A stretch of DNA of 64,000 nucleotides from an uncultured Planctomycetales bacterium (GTDB taxonomy: Bacteria > Planctomycetota > Phycisphaerae > UBA1845 > PWPN01). Location of the stretch: NCBI GenBank assembly GCA_964617875.1, contig CAZUAI010000002.1, forward strand, positions 59,230 to 123,229, in the 5' to 3' direction. Both the position numbers and the translations under genes were made by a program. Of this stretch, positions 36,731 to 47,842 are shown piece by piece (the first letter of the stretch is position 1; every line of letters starts with the position of its first letter). The notes beneath the pieces are model-generated. The model worked only from the letters and a program-made list of their open reading frames with translations, had not been told where the DNA came from and did no database searches.

Positions 36731-37480
36731 TCACAGATCCGGCGACGGGGCGGCGCTTTGTACGAACCTGCGCAGGGGGTAGAGGACGGCCTCGGTGAGG
36801 GTGCCGGTCGCCAGGTTCACGCGGCCGTCGTGCGGCACGACGATCGGCATCGGCATGCGAGCGTACCTGACGATCCCCTCGGGGTTCAGTTCCTCGGCGA
36901 GCGTCGGCTGCATCGACTCGTAGTGATTCAGCACCACGGCGTCAACGGTGAGCCTGCGCGCACGCGCGGCCTCGGCTGCGAGCATGGCCTGACCGACCGC
37001 GCCGAGAGCCGCACGGAGGACGAGGATGAGCGGCAGGGCGAACTCGGCCGCCAGGTCGGCGACCGTCGCGTCGCGGTCCAGCGGCGTCAGGAGGCCGCCA
37101 ACGCCCTCGACGACCAGGGCATCGCTGTGCGAGGCGATGCGGGCGTACGACTCGCGGATCGCCGCGAGATCAAGGGGCCGGCGTGATCGCTCCGCGGCAA
37201 CCGCGGGGTCCAGTTCCTGCGCATAGCGGACGGGGTTGATCGTGGCGAGGTCGTCGGGCGCGTCGGCGCAATGGGCGAGGAACTCGGCATCGCCGCTGAC
37301 CAGGCCGAGCCGCGCATCCCGACGGCAGCCGACCGCCACCGGCTTGCACACGCCCACGCGCCGGCCGGCGTCATGCAGCAGTCGGGCCAGGGCGCCGGCG
37401 ACGACGGTCTTGCCGACGCCGTAATCTGCGCCGGTGACGAACCAGCCGCGAAGCACGGTCTTTGTGCTCGTATCGCTCAT
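36731..37480 (-). CDS. bioD: ATP-dependent dethiobiotin synthetase
   Basis: FVTGADYGVGKTVVAGALARLL P-loop, VCKPVAVG, and LVVEGVGGLLTPL. Confidence 0.85.
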   Translation of the reverse strand: MSDTSTKTVLRGWFVTGADYGVGKTVVAGALARLLHDAGRRVGVCKPVAVGCRRDARLGLVSGDAEFLAHCADAPDDLATINPVRYAQELDPAVAAERSRRPLDLAAIRESYARIASHSDALVVEGVGGLLTPLDRDATVADLAAEFALPLILVLRAALGAVGQAMLAAEAARARRLTVDAVVLNHYESMQPTLAEELNPEGIVRYARMPMPIVVPHDGRVNLATGTLTEAVLYPLRRFVQSAAPSPDL

Positions 37481-37654
37481 GCCGTGGCGGAGGGTACGGC
37501 GGTTCCCGGCCGGCCGCAACCACCGAGGACCCGCATCGACGCCCTGGTGGCCCGGAAGCACATACCTGCGGAAACGCCGAATCTTGCCCGTCTGCGCGAG
37601 CTGCGGCTGATCCTGCCCGACCGGGCAACCGGCTGCCGACGACGAGCGGATGAA

Positions 37655-39106
37655 TCACACCGTCTGCGTTGGCTGCATGCGCGGCTGCTTGTTCTGCAGG
37701 TAGCGGTCGATGGCGGCGGCGGCCCGCTTGCCGTCGCCCATGGCGAGGATGACCGTGGCGGCGCCGCGAACGATATCGCCGCCGGCAAAGACGCCCGGCT
37801 TGCTCGTCATGCCGTTCTCATCGACGATGATGTAGCCCTTCTTGTTGAGCTGCAGGTCCGGCGTCGTCTGCGTAAGCAGCGGGTTGGCCCGCGTGCCGAT
37901 CGCCTCGATGACCACCTGGCAGGGGATGTCGAACTCGCTGCCCTCGATCGCCACCGGGCGGGCACGGCCGGAGGCGTCCGGTTCGCCGAGCTTCATCCGC
38001 TGGCAGCGAATCGCGCGGACCCAGCCCTTCTCGTCGCCGAGGATCTCGATCGGGTTCGTGAGCAACTGGAAGACGATGCCCTCCTCCTCCGCGTGAACGA
38101 TCTCCTCGGCCCGGGCCGGCATCTCGTTGCGCGAACGCCGGTACACGAGGGTGGCCGGGTCGGCGCCCATGCGGCGGGCGGTCCGCACGCCGTCCATCGC
38201 CGTGTTGCCGCCGCCGATGACGACGGCCTGCTTCGCCCGCAGGAGCGGCGTGTCGGCCGTCGGGTCGTACGCCTTCATCAGGTTCGAGCGGGTGAGGTAC
38301 TCGTTGGCGCTGTAGACGCCCTTGAGGTTCTCGCCCGGGATGCCCATGAACACCGGCAGGCCGGCCCCATTGGCGACGAACACGGCGTCGTAGCCCATAT
38401 CGCCCATCAGGTCATCGATCGTGTATGTCAGGCCGATGACGACGTTGCACTGGATGTCCACGCCGAGCTGGGTCAGCATCGCGACCTCGGCGCTGACGAT
38501 CTCCTTGGGCAGGCGGAACTCCGGGATGCCGTAGACGAGCACGCCGCCGGGTTGATGCAGGGCCTCGAAGACCGTCACCTTGTGGCCCTTGCGGGCCAGT
38601 TCGCCCGCCGTTGTCAGGCCCGCCGGGCCGCTGCCGACCACGGCCACCTTGAAGCCGCTCGGCCGGACCGGCGCCGGTGGTGCCTGGCCGTTCCGCCGGG
38701 CACGGGCCCAGTCGGCCACGAACCGTTCGAGGTAGCCCACCGCGACCGGCGCACCCTTGTTTCCGCGGATGCACTGGACCTCGCACTGCTCCTCCTGCGG
38801 GCAGACACGACCGGAAATGCCCGGCAGAGCGTTGTCGCGCAGCAGGATCTCGGCGGCGCCGGCGAAGTCGCCGTCCGCCACCTTCGTCACGAACGCCGGG
38901 ATGTCGATCTGCACCGGGCAGCCGGTGATGCACTTGGCGTTCTTGCAGCCGAGACACCGCCTGGCCTCGAGCATCGCGATCTGCTCGGGCAGACCCAGGT
39001 TGACCTCCTTGAACGAAACGGCCCGCTCGGCCGCCTCGCGCGCGGGCATATGCTGCCGCTCGATCTTCAATCGCTCCGACGCCTTCATCTGACCGCCTTC
39101 TGCCAT
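37655..39106 (-). CDS. GltD-like NADPH-dependent oxidoreductase, large subunit of an NfnAB/SudAB-type complex
   Basis: Fe-S motifs CLGCKNAKCITGCP and RVCPQEEQCEVQC. Dinucleotide folds VAVVGSGPAGLTTAGELARKGH and VVIGGGNTAMD. It is paired with the small PyrK-like subunit gene immediately upstream. Confidence 0.85.
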   Translation of the reverse strand: MAEGGQMKASERLKIERQHMPAREAAERAVSFKEVNLGLPEQIAMLEARRCLGCKNAKCITGCPVQIDIPAFVTKVADGDFAGAAEILLRDNALPGISGRVCPQEEQCEVQCIRGNKGAPVAVGYLERFVADWARARRNGQAPPAPVRPSGFKVAVVGSGPAGLTTAGELARKGHKVTVFEALHQPGGVLVYGIPEFRLPKEIVSAEVAMLTQLGVDIQCNVVIGLTYTIDDLMGDMGYDAVFVANGAGLPVFMGIPGENLKGVYSANEYLTRSNLMKAYDPTADTPLLRAKQAVVIGGGNTAMDGVRTARRMGADPATLVYRRSRNEMPARAEEIVHAEEEGIVFQLLTNPIEILGDEKGWVRAIRCQRMKLGEPDASGRARPVAIEGSEFDIPCQVVIEAIGTRANPLLTQTTPDLQLNKKGYIIVDENGMTSKPGVFAGGDIVRGAATVILAMGDGKRAAAAIDRYLQNKQPRMQPTQTV

Positions 39107-39109
39107 GAT

Positions 39110-39961
39110 TCAGCCCGCCACCGCCTTCAACGCGCGGCACTGCTCACGATCGTGCGCCGCCTTCTCGTGCTCCCGATACGCCGTCTGCCGGTCCGACAAC
39201 TCCGCGAAGTCCACCTGGTGCGCGTCGAACTCCGGCCCGTCCACGCAGGCGAACTTCATCTCGCCGCCGACCTGGACCCGGCAGCCGCCGCACATGCCCG
39301 TCCCATCCACCATGATCGGGTTCAGCGAGGCCACCGTGTGGATGCCATACGGCCGCGTCAGCTCGGCGATCGCCCGCATCATCGGCACCGGCCCGGCCGC
39401 GAAAACGGCCTTGACCGGCGGGTTCGCCTCGTCGATCAACTGCTTGAGTTTCGCCGTAACAAAGCCGTGGAAGCCGTAGCTGCCGTCGTCCGTACACGGA
39501 TGGACCGCGTCACACACCGACGCGAGTTCCTTCTCGAGAATCACGTACTCCTTCGTCCGGCCGCCAATGATCGCCGTCACGCGATTCTGGTTCGCCTTCA
39601 GTGCCGCGGCCTGCGGATAGATCACCGCCGTGCCCACGCCGCCGCCGACGATCACAGCGTGGCCGTAGTTCTCGATGTCCGTCGGACGGCCGAGCGGCCC
39701 CGCCACGTCGGCCATGTCCTGACCGGCCTCCAGCTTGCACATCCGCAGCGTGGTCGCCCCCACCGCCTGCACGATGAGCGTCACGTTGCCCGTTGCGCGG
39801 TCGCTGTGCGCGACCGTCAGCGGAATCCGTTCGCTGTCGGAGGTCGGCCGAACGATCACGAACTGCCCCGGCAGACACCGGCGCACGACATGCGGCGCCT
39901 GTACGACCAGGCGCCGAACGTTCGGCGCCAACCACTGCGCATCAAGAATCGGATATCCCAT
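39110..39961 (-). CDS. PyrK-like FAD/NAD(P)-binding 2Fe-2S subunit (NfnA/SudB type)
   Basis: MVDGTGMCGGCRV...FACVDGPEF C-terminal 2Fe-2S motif and GGGVGTAVIYP nucleotide fold. It sits 3 nt from the GltD-like gene. Confidence 0.85.
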   Translation of the reverse strand: MGYPILDAQWLAPNVRRLVVQAPHVVRRCLPGQFVIVRPTSDSERIPLTVAHSDRATGNVTLIVQAVGATTLRMCKLEAGQDMADVAGPLGRPTDIENYGHAVIVGGGVGTAVIYPQAAALKANQNRVTAIIGGRTKEYVILEKELASVCDAVHPCTDDGSYGFHGFVTAKLKQLIDEANPPVKAVFAAGPVPMMRAIAELTRPYGIHTVASLNPIMVDGTGMCGGCRVQVGGEMKFACVDGPEFDAHQVDFAELSDRQTAYREHEKAAHDREQCRALKAVAG

Positions 39962-40187
39962 TTATTCAACCTTGATTCTATGCGTTGGCCCCGTATCGAC
40001 CAAGTTAACGTAGCGCGTAAGTATAGCAAGCGGCGGCATCGGCGCCAACCCGCCGCGCCGGTCCGTACAGGTCGAGGGCAGAGGCGGTCCGTGACGCACG
40101 CCCGGGGGCGGTGGCGATGGCCGCGTACCATCGCGCGCCCGAGAGCGACACGTCACGGACCCGTCCCGCAGCCGAAGGACCGCGTGG

Positions 40188-41621
<1,434 letters not shown>

Positions 41622-41721
41622 TCACCGGGGGCGCGGGTTGCTGTTCGTGGGCAGGGCCATCTCTTAACCGGGCGCCACGGCGGGCCCGGCGGCATCAGGA
41701 TACCACGTTTCGTCGTCCAGG

Positions 41722-41733
41722 GGAAGCGTTTCC
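41722..41733. promoter_or_regulatory. Palindrome GGAA-gcgt-TTCC in the gdhA/nrpR-like divergent region
   Basis: Read directly. It resembles the archaeal NrpR operator half-sites (GGAA-N6-TTCC) but has a 4-nt spacer. Confidence 0.3.
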
Positions 41734-41816
41734 GTGCGAAAACACCAAGAAATACGCAAGAATCTGCATCCCGCGGGCAATCCGGGCGAAACCCGGCACT
41801 GATGCCGCCCTTGCCG

Positions 41817-41845
41817 TTGAACACAACCCCACGAGGCGGTATCAT
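41817..41845 (+). promoter_or_regulatory. Sigma70-like promoter for the NrpR-like gene (TTGAAC-17 nt-TATCAT)
   Basis: Hexamers at 41817-41822 and 41840-41845, with spacing counted directly. Confidence 0.5.
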
Positions 41846-41872
41846 TGCCGAACGGCGACAGACCGGCCGAAG

Positions 41873-42904
41873 GTGATCGTGAAGTACTTTGACCCGAAAA
41901 AGAAGCTCGCCGTCCTCCGCGTGCTGCGAAACGCCGCCCGGCCGCTCGGCGGCGCCCGCGTCGCCAAGGAGCTTCACGCCTTCGGGCTCGACCTCAAACC
42001 CCGCACGCTCCGCCTGTACCTCGAGCACCTCGAGGAGCAGGGGCTCGTCCACGGCGCAGGGCCGCGCGGGCGCGCGATCACGCCCCGCGGCATCGACGAA
42101 CTCAAGAAGACCACCGCGATCGACCGCGTCGGCTTCACGGCGGCGCGCGTCGATGCGCTCGCGTACCAGACGACGTTTCGCCTGGCGTCACGGACCGGCG
42201 GCATCGTCGTGAACGCTTCAATCCTCAGCGAAGGCGATCTCGCGGATTCGCTGCGCGCCATCGCCACTGTGCTCGACGCCGGACTTGGCATGGGGCGCTA
42301 TCTCGCCGTCGCCCGGGCGGGCGAAACGTTCGGCGACCTGCCGATTCCGCCGGGCCGGGTGGCGATTGCCACCGTGTGCAGCGTCACAATCAACGCGATC
42401 CTCCTCGCCGCCGGAATCCCCGTGGTCTCCCGCTTCGGGGGCGTGCTCGAGATGGAGGACGGACGCCCCGCGCGGTTCACGGACGTGATCCACTACGACG
42501 GTACGTCGCTCGACCCGCTGGAGATCTTCATCAAGGGACGTCTCACGAGCGTCACGCAGGCCGCGCGCACCGGCAACGGACGGATCGGCGCGAGCTTCCG
42601 CGAGATCCCGTCGGCGGCCGTCCCCGCCGTCGAGAAGATCGCGCGGCGGCTCGACCGCATTCACCTCAACGGCATCCTCATGATCGGCCACCGCAATCAG
42701 CCGTTGCTCGACTTTCCCGTGCAGGAGGGCCGCACGGGCATGATCGTCGCGGGCGGACTCAATGCCATCGCCGCCGTCGAGGAAGCGGGCATTCCGGTCA
42801 CGAGTTTTGCGATGCACGGGCTGCTCGACTTCGCCAGGCTCTCGCCGTGCGACAAGCTCCTGGCCGCGAACGCCGAATCACCCGCCCGTACACGGACCGG
42901 ATAG
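41873..42904 (+). CDS. NrpR-like regulator (winged helix plus NrpR/DUF128 domain), tentative
   Basis: N-terminal wHTH LAVLRVLRNAARPLGGARVAKELHAFGLDLKPRTLRLYLEHLEEQGLV. C-terminal motifs HYDGTSLDPLEIFIKG and IGASFREIPSAAV, remembered from the DUF128 family. The start is GTG 41873 or GTG 41879. Confidence 0.6.
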   Translation: MIVKYFDPKKKLAVLRVLRNAARPLGGARVAKELHAFGLDLKPRTLRLYLEHLEEQGLVHGAGPRGRAITPRGIDELKKTTAIDRVGFTAARVDALAYQTTFRLASRTGGIVVNASILSEGDLADSLRAIATVLDAGLGMGRYLAVARAGETFGDLPIPPGRVAIATVCSVTINAILLAAGIPVVSRFGGVLEMEDGRPARFTDVIHYDGTSLDPLEIFIKGRLTSVTQAARTGNGRIGASFREIPSAAVPAVEKIARRLDRIHLNGILMIGHRNQPLLDFPVQEGRTGMIVAGGLNAIAAVEEAGIPVTSFAMHGLLDFARLSPCDKLLAANAESPARTRTG

Positions 42905-43107
42905 ACGACCTTTCACGCACAATCATTTGACTCTGCTCAGCCCTGTCTTCGTTCTCAATGCTCGCCAGCGGCACATACCGACCTTGAGGCGCAGAACACA
43001 GGTATCCATAACTCTATTTCCGCCAATAGCTTCGAGAGGCTCCCGTACCGGCCGGGCCACGCAGCCCCCTCGTCAACTCTGATTCTCGCCTGATTCTGAT
43101 TCGTCCC

Positions 43108-43136
43108 TTGACAGATGGTTTCTGGCGTACTAATAT
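43108..43136 (+). promoter_or_regulatory. Sigma70-like promoter for cysK (TTGACA-17 nt-TAATAT)
   Basis: Consensus -35 at 43108-43113 and -10 at 43131-43136. AAGGAG SD 8 nt before ATG 43228. Confidence 0.6.
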
Positions 43137-43227
43137 ACGACTGGCGTAGTCGTTGTAAGCGTTGTGGCCGCCGGCACGGGGCCCGCTCACAACAACGCAC
43201 GCGAACGGATCCCAAGGAGACGGACTC

Positions 43228-44172
43228 ATGGCCCGCTTGTTCGACGACATCACCAAGACGATCGGCAACACGCCCCTGGTACGAATCAACCGCATTATTC
43301 CGGCGCCGGCGACGGTGTACGCGAAGCTGGAGTTCTTCAATCCGCTTTCGAGCGTCAAGGACCGGATCGGCGTGTCGATGATCGAGGCGGCGGAGAAGGC
43401 CGGCCGCATCCACAGGGGAAGCGTCCTCATCGAGCCGACGTCGGGCAACACGGGCATTGCGTTGGCGTTCGTCTGCGCGGCGAAGGGATACCGCCTGATC
43501 CTGACGATGCCGGAGAGCATGTCGGTCGAACGGCGGAGCCTCCTGAAAGCCCTCGGCGCCGAACTCGTACTGACCCCGGCGACCGAGGGGATGAAGGGCG
43601 CGATCGCCAAGGCCGAGCAACTGGCGAAGGAACTGCCGAACGCCGTGATCCTCCAGCAGTTCCAGAACCCCGCCAACCCCGAGATCCACCGGCGGACGAC
43701 CGCCGAGGAGATCTGGAACGACACGGACGGCAAGGTGGACATCCTCATCAGCGGCGTCGGCACGGGGGGAACGATCACGGGCATCAGCGAGGTCATCAAG
43801 AAGCGAAAGCCCTCGTTCCAGGCGATCGCGGTCGAGCCCGTCGATTCGCCCGTCATCACGCAGAAGCGCGACGGACAGCCGATCAAGCCGGGGCCGCACA
43901 AGATCCAGGGCATCGGGGCGGGATTCATCCCCGATGTTCTCAACCTCGGCATCGTCGATGACGTGGTCCGTGTCGCGAACAACGACGCCTTCGCGTGGGC
44001 CCGTCGTGCGGCGAAGGAAGAGGGCATTCTCTGCGGCATCTCCTCGGGCGCGGCGCTCTGCGCGGCCAACGAGGTTGCGAATCGGCCCGGGAACGCCGGC
44101 AAGCTGATCGTCGTGATCCTCGCGAGTTGCGGCGAGCGATACCTCTCCACGCCGCTCTTCCAGGAGGGCTAG
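43228..44172 (+). CDS. cysK: Cysteine synthase A (O-acetylserine sulfhydrylase)
   Basis: [25 protein letters not shown] (PLP lysine), [12 protein letters not shown], and [10 protein letters not shown]. Confidence 0.95.
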   Translation: MARLFDDITKTIGNTPLVRINRIIPAPATVYAKLEFFNPLSSVKDRIGVSMIEAAEKAGRIHRGSVLIEPTSGNTGIALAFVCAAKGYRLILTMPESMSVERRSLLKALGAELVLTPATEGMKGAIAKAEQLAKELPNAVILQQFQNPANPEIHRRTTAEEIWNDTDGKVDILISGVGTGGTITGISEVIKKRKPSFQAIAVEPVDSPVITQKRDGQPIKPGPHKIQGIGAGFIPDVLNLGIVDDVVRVANNDAFAWARRAAKEEGILCGISSGAALCAANEVANRPGNAGKLIVVILASCGERYLSTPLFQEG

Positions 44173-44175
44173 CCC

Positions 44176-45375
44176 ATGACCAGACTCCGCGGCGAAAACT
44201 GGCGGGCGGAGACGCGGGCGGTCCACACCGGCGTCTACAAGGACTCCGCGTTCCACTCGGTGACGACGCCGATCTATCCCAGCTCGACGTTCGCGTTCGA
44301 GCGCATCGGCGTGAACCGGGGGTACGACTACACGCGCTCGGGAAACCCCACGCGGAAGGCGCTCGAAGAGAACCTGGCCGCGCTGGAGGGCGGCGCGCAG
44401 GCGTGGGCCACGTGCACGGGCATGGCCGCGTTCACGACGCTCGCGTTTCTGTTCCGGCCCGGCGACCACATCGTGACCGGCCACGACATCTACGGCGGGA
44501 CGTTCCGCCTGCTCGAATCGGTCCTGCGCGGCATCGGCGTCGAGACGTCGTTCGTCCGCATGAACGACCCCGACGAGGTCCGCGCGGCCATCCGCCCGGC
44601 GACACGATGCCTGCTCATCGAGACGCCGTCGAATCCCCTGCTGAACCTCGTGGACATCGCCGAAATGACGCGGATCGCGGGGGACTACAACCTGTTCACG
44701 ATCGCCGACAACACGTTCATGAGCCCACACCTGCAGAATCCGTTTCGGCTCGGCGTGGACATCATCGTCCATTCGACGACGAAGTACCTCAACGGCCACA
44801 GCGACGTGGTCGGCGGGGCGATCGTCGTCCGCGACGACCGGTTCCGCGAACGGATCGGGTTCCTCGTCAACGCATTGGGCACGGCGTGCTCGCCGTTCGA
44901 CGCCTGGCTGGTCCTCCGCGGCGTCAAGACGCTGTCGTACCGGATGGCGGCGCACTGCCGGAACGCGCAGGCCGTCGCCGAGTGGCTGGAAAAGCACCCC
45001 AGCGTGAAGCGGGTCTACTACCCCGGTCTCGCGAGCCACCCGCAACACGCGCTGGCCCGCCGGCAGATGCGGGGCTTCGGCGGCATCGTGAGCGTCGATC
45101 TGGACCTCGACCGGGTGAGCGTCGATCGCTTCCTCGAACGGCTTGAGGTCTTCTCGCTCGCGGAGTCGCTCGGCGGCGTCGAGTCGCTCGTTGAGCAGCC
45201 GTGGACGATGAGCCACGCATCCATCAGCGAGCAGTCGCGGCGCAACGCCGGCATCAGCCCGGCGACGCTGCGGCTGTCGATCGGCATCGAACACCCGGAT
45301 GACCTGATTGCGGATCTGGACCGCGCACTGGCGGACACGACGCCGCAGCGGCTGCCGGCGGAGTTCTACATCTGA
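44176..45375 (+). CDS. Cys/Met-metabolism PLP-dependent enzyme (cystathionine gamma-synthase/gamma-lyase/methionine gamma-lyase family)
   Basis: TPIYPSSTFAF, YTRSGNPT and HSTTKYLNGHSDVVGG (PLP lysine). It begins 3 nt downstream of cysK. Confidence 0.9.
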   Translation: MTRLRGENWRAETRAVHTGVYKDSAFHSVTTPIYPSSTFAFERIGVNRGYDYTRSGNPTRKALEENLAALEGGAQAWATCTGMAAFTTLAFLFRPGDHIVTGHDIYGGTFRLLESVLRGIGVETSFVRMNDPDEVRAAIRPATRCLLIETPSNPLLNLVDIAEMTRIAGDYNLFTIADNTFMSPHLQNPFRLGVDIIVHSTTKYLNGHSDVVGGAIVVRDDRFRERIGFLVNALGTACSPFDAWLVLRGVKTLSYRMAAHCRNAQAVAEWLEKHPSVKRVYYPGLASHPQHALARRQMRGFGGIVSVDLDLDRVSVDRFLERLEVFSLAESLGGVESLVEQPWTMSHASISEQSRRNAGISPATLRLSIGIEHPDDLIADLDRALADTTPQRLPAEFYI

Positions 45376-45512
45376 GTGCCGATCGCCACGTGCCGGGCGG
45401 GCTGTCCGCTCCCGCACCGCAAGGCCCGGCAACGCCTTCTCCATCAATGCGGCCTGCGCGCCTGGCCGGGGCCGCGTTGCGCTCCTATGATCGGTGCGAA
45501 CGGAACACTGCC

Positions 45513-46577
45513 ATGAAAGCAATCGGGCCTTCATTCATGGTCGCGGCCGCCGTCATCGCCGTCGTCACGTTCGGCTTCGTCCTGCGGGCCGTCGCCCGCA
45601 ATGGAACGCCGGCGACATCGCGGCCGTCCGCCGAGGCTTCGCGCCATCGCGTGATCTCGCGGAGCGGGTACGACATCACCCCGCTGACGCGCGAGCGCGT
45701 CGAGGAGCTTGCGCGCGACTTGAAGCCCGAGGAGCGGCGTATCCTGCTGGAGAAGGACACGGAACGGCCGGGCTGCGGCCTGCTGTTGGACAACAGGGAG
45801 AAGGGCACGTACGTCTGCCGGCTCTGCGGCCTGCCGTTGTTCGCATCCGACGCGAAGTTTCATTCGGGCACCGGCTGGCCGAGCTTCTTCCGGCCGCTGG
45901 ACCCGGCACACGTCCGCAACGTCCGCGACGGCAGCCACGGCATGGTCCGCACCGAGATCCTGTGCGCGCGGTGCGGCGGGCACCTCGGCCACGTCTTCAA
46001 CGACGGGCCGCCCCCGACGGGCCTCCGCTTCTGCCTGAACTCGGCGTCGCTGCGGTTCTACAGGGACGGCGACGAGCTGCCGCCGGAGTCGCGCCCGATC
46101 CCGCTCGAGACGGCCTACTTCGCCGGTGGATGTTTCTGGGGCGTCGAGGACCGCTTCCAGAAGGTCGCCGGCGTGGTCGATGCCGTGTCCGGCTACCAGG
46201 GCGGCCACACGCCGAACCCGACGTACAAGCAGGTCTGCACCGGCCGCACCGGCCACGCTGAGACCGTCCGCGTGCGATACGACCCCAGACAGGTGACCTA
46301 CCGCCAGTTACTCGAGTGGTTCTTCAGGTTCCACGACGCGACGCAACTCAACCGCCAGGGGCCTGACGTCGGCGAACAGTACCGATCGGCGATCTTCGCG
46401 GCCAACGACGACCAGGCCCGCGAGGCGCGCGCGTACATCGACGAGCTGTCGAAGCAGTCCCGGTATCGCACCCGCCGCATCGTCACACGCGTCGAGCCCG
46501 CCGGTCCCTTCTACGAGGCCGAGGAATACCACCAGGACTACCACGCCAGGCACGGCGGTTCCTGTCCGCTGCCGTGA
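45513..46577 (+). CDS. Membrane-anchored bifunctional methionine sulfoxide reductase (MsrB domain followed by MsrA domain)
   Basis: N-terminal TM helix FMVAAAVIAVVTFGFVL. MsrB motifs: CRLCGLPLF...GTGWPSFF...CARCGGHLGHVF...RFCLNS. MsrA motifs: GGCFWGVE...GHAETVRV. Confidence 0.9.
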   Translation: MKAIGPSFMVAAAVIAVVTFGFVLRAVARNGTPATSRPSAEASRHRVISRSGYDITPLTRERVEELARDLKPEERRILLEKDTERPGCGLLLDNREKGTYVCRLCGLPLFASDAKFHSGTGWPSFFRPLDPAHVRNVRDGSHGMVRTEILCARCGGHLGHVFNDGPPPTGLRFCLNSASLRFYRDGDELPPESRPIPLETAYFAGGCFWGVEDRFQKVAGVVDAVSGYQGGHTPNPTYKQVCTGRTGHAETVRVRYDPRQVTYRQLLEWFFRFHDATQLNRQGPDVGEQYRSAIFAANDDQAREARAYIDELSKQSRYRTRRIVTRVEPAGPFYEAEEYHQDYHARHGGSCPLP

Positions 46578-46641
46578 CGGCAGCGAAGGCTATCGGCCTG
46601 CCGCCGAGCGGGAAGGTGGCCTGCGAAGGCGAGTTCGCCGA

Positions 46642-46854
46642 TCAGTCGAACAGGTCGCCGAAGGCATCGAGGAATCGATCGACCTTCTTGCCGGAGTCCG
46701 CTTCGCCGCCGATCGCATCCGCCGTCTTGTTCAACTGATCCGCGGCGCTGCGCATCGAGTCCGCCAGGCCGCAACTGGCATCGGCGTATACGCAGGCCAG
46801 CGGGGCCAGCAGGATCCATCGCAACCATGCACGCTTCGATCGTATCGCCTTCAT
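46642..46854 (-). CDS. Small putative lipoprotein/secreted protein (70 aa)
   Basis: The ATG at 46854 is preceded by GAGGAG. N-terminus MKAIRSKRAWLRWILLAPLAC has a lipobox-like LAPLAC. No homolog recognised. Confidence 0.45.
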   Translation of the reverse strand: MKAIRSKRAWLRWILLAPLACVYADASCGLADSMRSAADQLNKTADAIGGEADSGKKVDRFLDAFGDLFD

Positions 46855-47032
46855 CGCAGAATCTCCTCGCTCCAAAGCCCAGTCCGCGTCAATACCGCTC
46901 TGACGCCCGACGGTAGTTATCGGCCGGGGGCGACGGAGACCGTTAGAGGACTTGTCCGGCGGCCCGATTGCCCTTCCTGGCATCGCCGTCTCGTATTTTA
47001 TCGGCCCTGGAAGTCCCGGCCGCCCGGAAACA

Positions 47033-47692
47033 TCATGCGGTGCCGATCGTCATCAAGAGCGGGAACAGGATGTTGATCTTGCGGTGGCGGATGTCGCGGA
47101 AGCCGGCGGCCTCGAAATAGTCGTGGATCTGCCGCCACGTGGCGTGGTGCACGCCCTTTTCGACGTGGTCGATGATCAGGTCGTAGGTGACCCATCCGAC
47201 GATGTTGTCGCGGAAGCCGTCGATGAGCATGAGCCGTCCGCCGGGCCGCAACACCCGCCGCATCTGGCGGACGCAGGCGGCCTGGTCCGGGTAATGGTGG
47301 AACGAGTTGCTGCAGGTGACGACGTCGAAAGAGGCATCGGCGAAGGGGAGGTGCTCGCTGTCGGCGCGGACGAAGCGGGCGCGGTCGGCCGCGCCGGCCT
47401 CGCGGGCCTTTCGGGAGGCGACGGAGGCCATGGTCTCCGCGTAGTCGAGCCCGGCGACGCGGACCTTCAGAGGCGAGCCGACGAGCATGGCAGCGAGTGT
47501 TCCGGTGCCGCACCCGATGTCGAGCAGGTCGATCGGCTCGCCGTCGAGACCGCGCCAGCGGACGATTTCCTCGATGAAGGCGAGGTAGGACGGCTGAAAG
47601 AGGAAGTGGTTCAGGAGGGAGCGGTCGTAGCTCTCGGCCCAGTCGGAGAACTCGGAGTGGGCGGCCTGCTTCATGTGCGGGGCGTGCTTCAT
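47033..47692 (-). CDS. Class I SAM-dependent methyltransferase
   Basis: Motif I LLDIGCGTGTL, later VTCSNSFHHYPD and LRPGGRLMLID. Confidence 0.85.
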   Translation of the reverse strand: MKHAPHMKQAAHSEFSDWAESYDRSLLNHFLFQPSYLAFIEEIVRWRGLDGEPIDLLDIGCGTGTLAAMLVGSPLKVRVAGLDYAETMASVASRKAREAGAADRARFVRADSEHLPFADASFDVVTCSNSFHHYPDQAACVRQMRRVLRPGGRLMLIDGFRDNIVGWVTYDLIIDHVEKGVHHATWRQIHDYFEAAGFRDIRHRKINILFPLLMTIGTA

Positions 47693-47842
47693 GGCTGTCC
47701 CTTACCCCAAGGCGGACCGTCGTGCAAGAGCGCCTCAAGATTTGTCCGGGGCCCCGCCGATACACAGAATCGTCAGAAGGGCGGTCCGCCGTCGGCGTTT
47801 CGCCAAACGCCTGCACGGCCATCCGGACGTTGAGTGGCTGCT

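Noticed and set aside
39975-40003. TTGGTC-17-TAGAAT motif upstream of nfnA as an annotated promoter feature.
   Set aside because: The hexamers are good, but the -10 lies only 13 nt from the ATG. That would imply a near-leaderless mRNA with no SD. It is mentioned in a finding but not listed as a feature.
41650-41700. Sigma-54-like element GTGGCGCCCGGTTAAG on the gdhA strand.
   Set aside because: The -24 GG is present, but the -12 element reads TTAA instead of TTGC. That is too weak to call without a scoring matrix.
42955-45534. 859-aa minus-strand ORF opposite cysK, the PLP enzyme and the msrBA start.
   Set aside because: It is antisense to genes with textbook motifs (SVKDR, HSTTKYLNGH) and has artefact-like composition.
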